Shown here piece after piece: positions 61,901 through 64,000 of a DNA stretch of 64,000 nucleotides (positions are counted from its first letter, which is position 1; each line of letters begins with the position of its first letter). The translations under genes were made by a program, and so were the position numbers. Under the pieces are notes generated by a model. That model worked only from the letters and a program-made list of their open reading frames with translations, had not been told where the DNA came from and searched no databases. The DNA is from Balanoglossus misakiensis (lineage: Eukaryota; Animalia; Hemichordata): the NCBI GenBank assembly GCA_040954595.2, contig CM082579.2, positions 15,724,550 to 15,788,549 of the forward strand, written 5' to 3'.

Positions 61901-64000
61901 TGACAGACACTAGCGTTCGTTAGCAACGTTGATCAAGTCAGATTTCCTACGGCATGGCTTGGCTAAAGCCCTGGCACTTTAGAGCAGAAACACGCGTACA
62001 GAAACCACGTTGATCTACTCACATTTCCTTCGGCCTGGCACGGCTGATGCCCCGGCAGTATATATAGGACACAGACTTGCGTAAGTTAACAACGGTAATC
62101 ACGTCGGGTTTCCTACGGCCTGGCTCAGCTGAAGCCCCGGCACTCTAGAGCAGAAACAGGCGTACATTGACCACGTTGATCAAATCAGATTCCTACGGCG
62201 TGACTCCGCTGGTGCACGGGCTCTATATGACACAGACTGGCGTAAGTTATCAACGGTGATTACGTCGGATTTCCTACGGCCTGGTTTAGCTCAAGCCCCG
62301 GCACTTTAGAGCGGAAACACGCGTACATTGACCACGATGATCAAGTCAGATCTCCTACGGCTTGGCTCGACTAAAACCCCGGCACACTATGACAGACACT
62401 AGCGTTCGTTAGCAACGTTGATCAATTCAGATTTCCTACGGCATGGCTTGGCTAAAGCCCTGGCATTCTAGAGCAGAAACACGCGTACAGAGACCACATT
62501 GATCTACTCACATTTCCTTAGGCCTGGCACGGCTGATGCCCCGCACTATATATAGGACACAGACTGGCGTAAGTTAACAACGGTAATCACGTCGGGTTTC
62601 CTACGGCCTGGCTCAGCTGAAGCCCCGGCACTCTAGAGCAGAAACAGGCGTACATTGACCACGTTGATCAAATTAGATTCCTACGGCGTGACTCGGCTGG
62701 TGCACCGGCTCTATATGACACAGACTGGCGTAAGTTATCAACGGTGATTACGTCGGATTTCCTACGGCCTGGTTTAGCTGAAGCCCCGGCACTTTAGAGC
62801 GGAAACACGCGTACATTGACCACGATGATCCAGTCAGATCTCCTACGGCCTGGCTCGACTAAAACCCCGGCACACCATGACAGACACTAGCGTTCGTTAG
62901 CAACGGTGATCAAGTCGGATTTCCTTCGGCCTGGCTCTGCAAAACACCCGACACTCTAGTACAAAGACGTTGGCTAAGTCGGGCAAACCGAAGAGGGAAA
63001 GTCACAGCGGGTCAACACTCGACATTTGTTCCGGTAGGACTACATTATTGCCTGTCAATTTATAGAGAAAGCCCGAATTTAACCAGGGCGTTTCAAACAC
63101 CGACGTTAGTTGTGGGCACGGCCTGCAGTACTGACGGGTAAGCTGACATCGGCGTACCGCATTTAATGTAGGGGGGGGGGGAACAGAACGGTTCAATACT
63201 ATATTTATTAGATATCAGCTACTTTTGGACAATCATCTAAAATCTAAATAATTTTTTCATATTTGGATATCTGATGATGGATGAAATTTCCATTATATGT
63301 AAAAAAGGTGCTGATTATAAAAAATGCACTCTGAATGAGCTGATTTAATACAAAATTGCGTTTTATTCGTTTTTGCACCAAAAAGGTCATTTTTAGGGAA
63401 ACATTCTTTATTCTTTAAATTCGGTGACCTGATCATATATAAACAATTGCTTGTATGTTAAAAGTTTTAATGACTTTTAAAAGCAGTGACACTGGCGGCA
63501 TTCAACACGAAAATAACAATTTTAGCCACAATTCGGTCAAAATGGTAAATTTTTGAAAATTACAAAAAATACCTGTTTTCTACATTTTCGGAAATCTGAT
63601 GGAGTATAGAATGCTCTTCGTATACATATATCGATACAAATTCCACAAAAAACGGCCAATTTGGCTCACTGCAGACAAAATTGCGTTTTACCAAATTTTC
63701 CTTGAAAATGTCATTTTTAGAAAAAAAAATAAAAAAAACCTTTGTTCTTCGAATTTGGTGCCCTGATCATATATGACATGTTGATTGTATGTTAAAACTT
63801 TCGACCACTCCAAAAATGCAGAGATATTGACGGAATTCAAGAAAAAATAGCCATTTTGGCCATATTTTGACAAAAATGGTAAATTTTTAAAAAATCATAA
63901 AAAATTAACTCTTTTCTTCATTTTCGGAAATATTATGGAGCATGCAGTGTCGTTCTCTTGTAAAAAGTGCTGCAAATTCCAGAAAAGGCGGTATAATTTG

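Larger units (their letters stand above)
15601..64000. repeat. Complex tandem satellite with 1.7-2.6-kb units (~1.05-kb AT-rich block, variable array of ~81-bp monomers, poly-G landmark)
   Basis: The landmark aatgta(G)n..cagaa.ggtt occurs 18 times (~15904, 17788, 31208, 33481, 35888, 37946, 39659, 41545, 43595, 45645, 47697, 49580, 52108, 54161, 56051, 58107, 60638, 63171). The array runs off the right end. Confidence 0.96.

Noticed and set aside
30130-63000. 81-bp arrays as CRISPR or as a coding repeat (81 = 27 codons)
   Set aside because: There are no unique spacers and no cas genes. Monomers vary in length, break frame and contain stops (ctc tag).
15941-63873. Recurrent 60-88-aa ORFs in the satellite (MSKYGQNG..., MMNGNSML..., MNRSVPPP...)
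   Set aside because: They often have non-ATG starts, frames change with homopolymer length between units, and no domain is recognisable.
15601-64000. Tandem unit as a 5S rRNA, snRNA, tRNA or histone gene cluster
   Set aside because: I could not recognise any such gene in the unit by eye; an Rfam scan would settle it.

Overview
Eukaryotic, AT-rich DNA, probably from an invertebrate animal, made up almost entirely of mobile elements and satellite. 1-15.6 kb: an eight-exon minus-strand DDE-integrase/transposase gene (IS3EU-like), which the ORF track misses. Its introns hold a CR1-group LINE (itself interrupted by a non-autonomous Ngaro tyrosine-recombinase retroelement), several MITEs, and a Penelope-like element with a hammerhead ribozyme and an inverted duplication that includes flanking DNA. 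15.6-64 kb: a complex satellite of about 18 units of 1.7-2.6 kb, built from ~81-bp and ~335-bp subrepeats, with higher-order duplications. A young 11.4-kb Ty3/Gypsy LTR element (18247-29612) sits in the satellite and is the stand-out feature. Its Gag starts with a ComEA-like helix-hairpin-helix, its integrase ends in a PHD finger, and the env position holds a 924-aa ORF with a complete TatD nuclease domain behind a 3' splice acceptor. All calls come from reading motifs by eye; no database searches were run.
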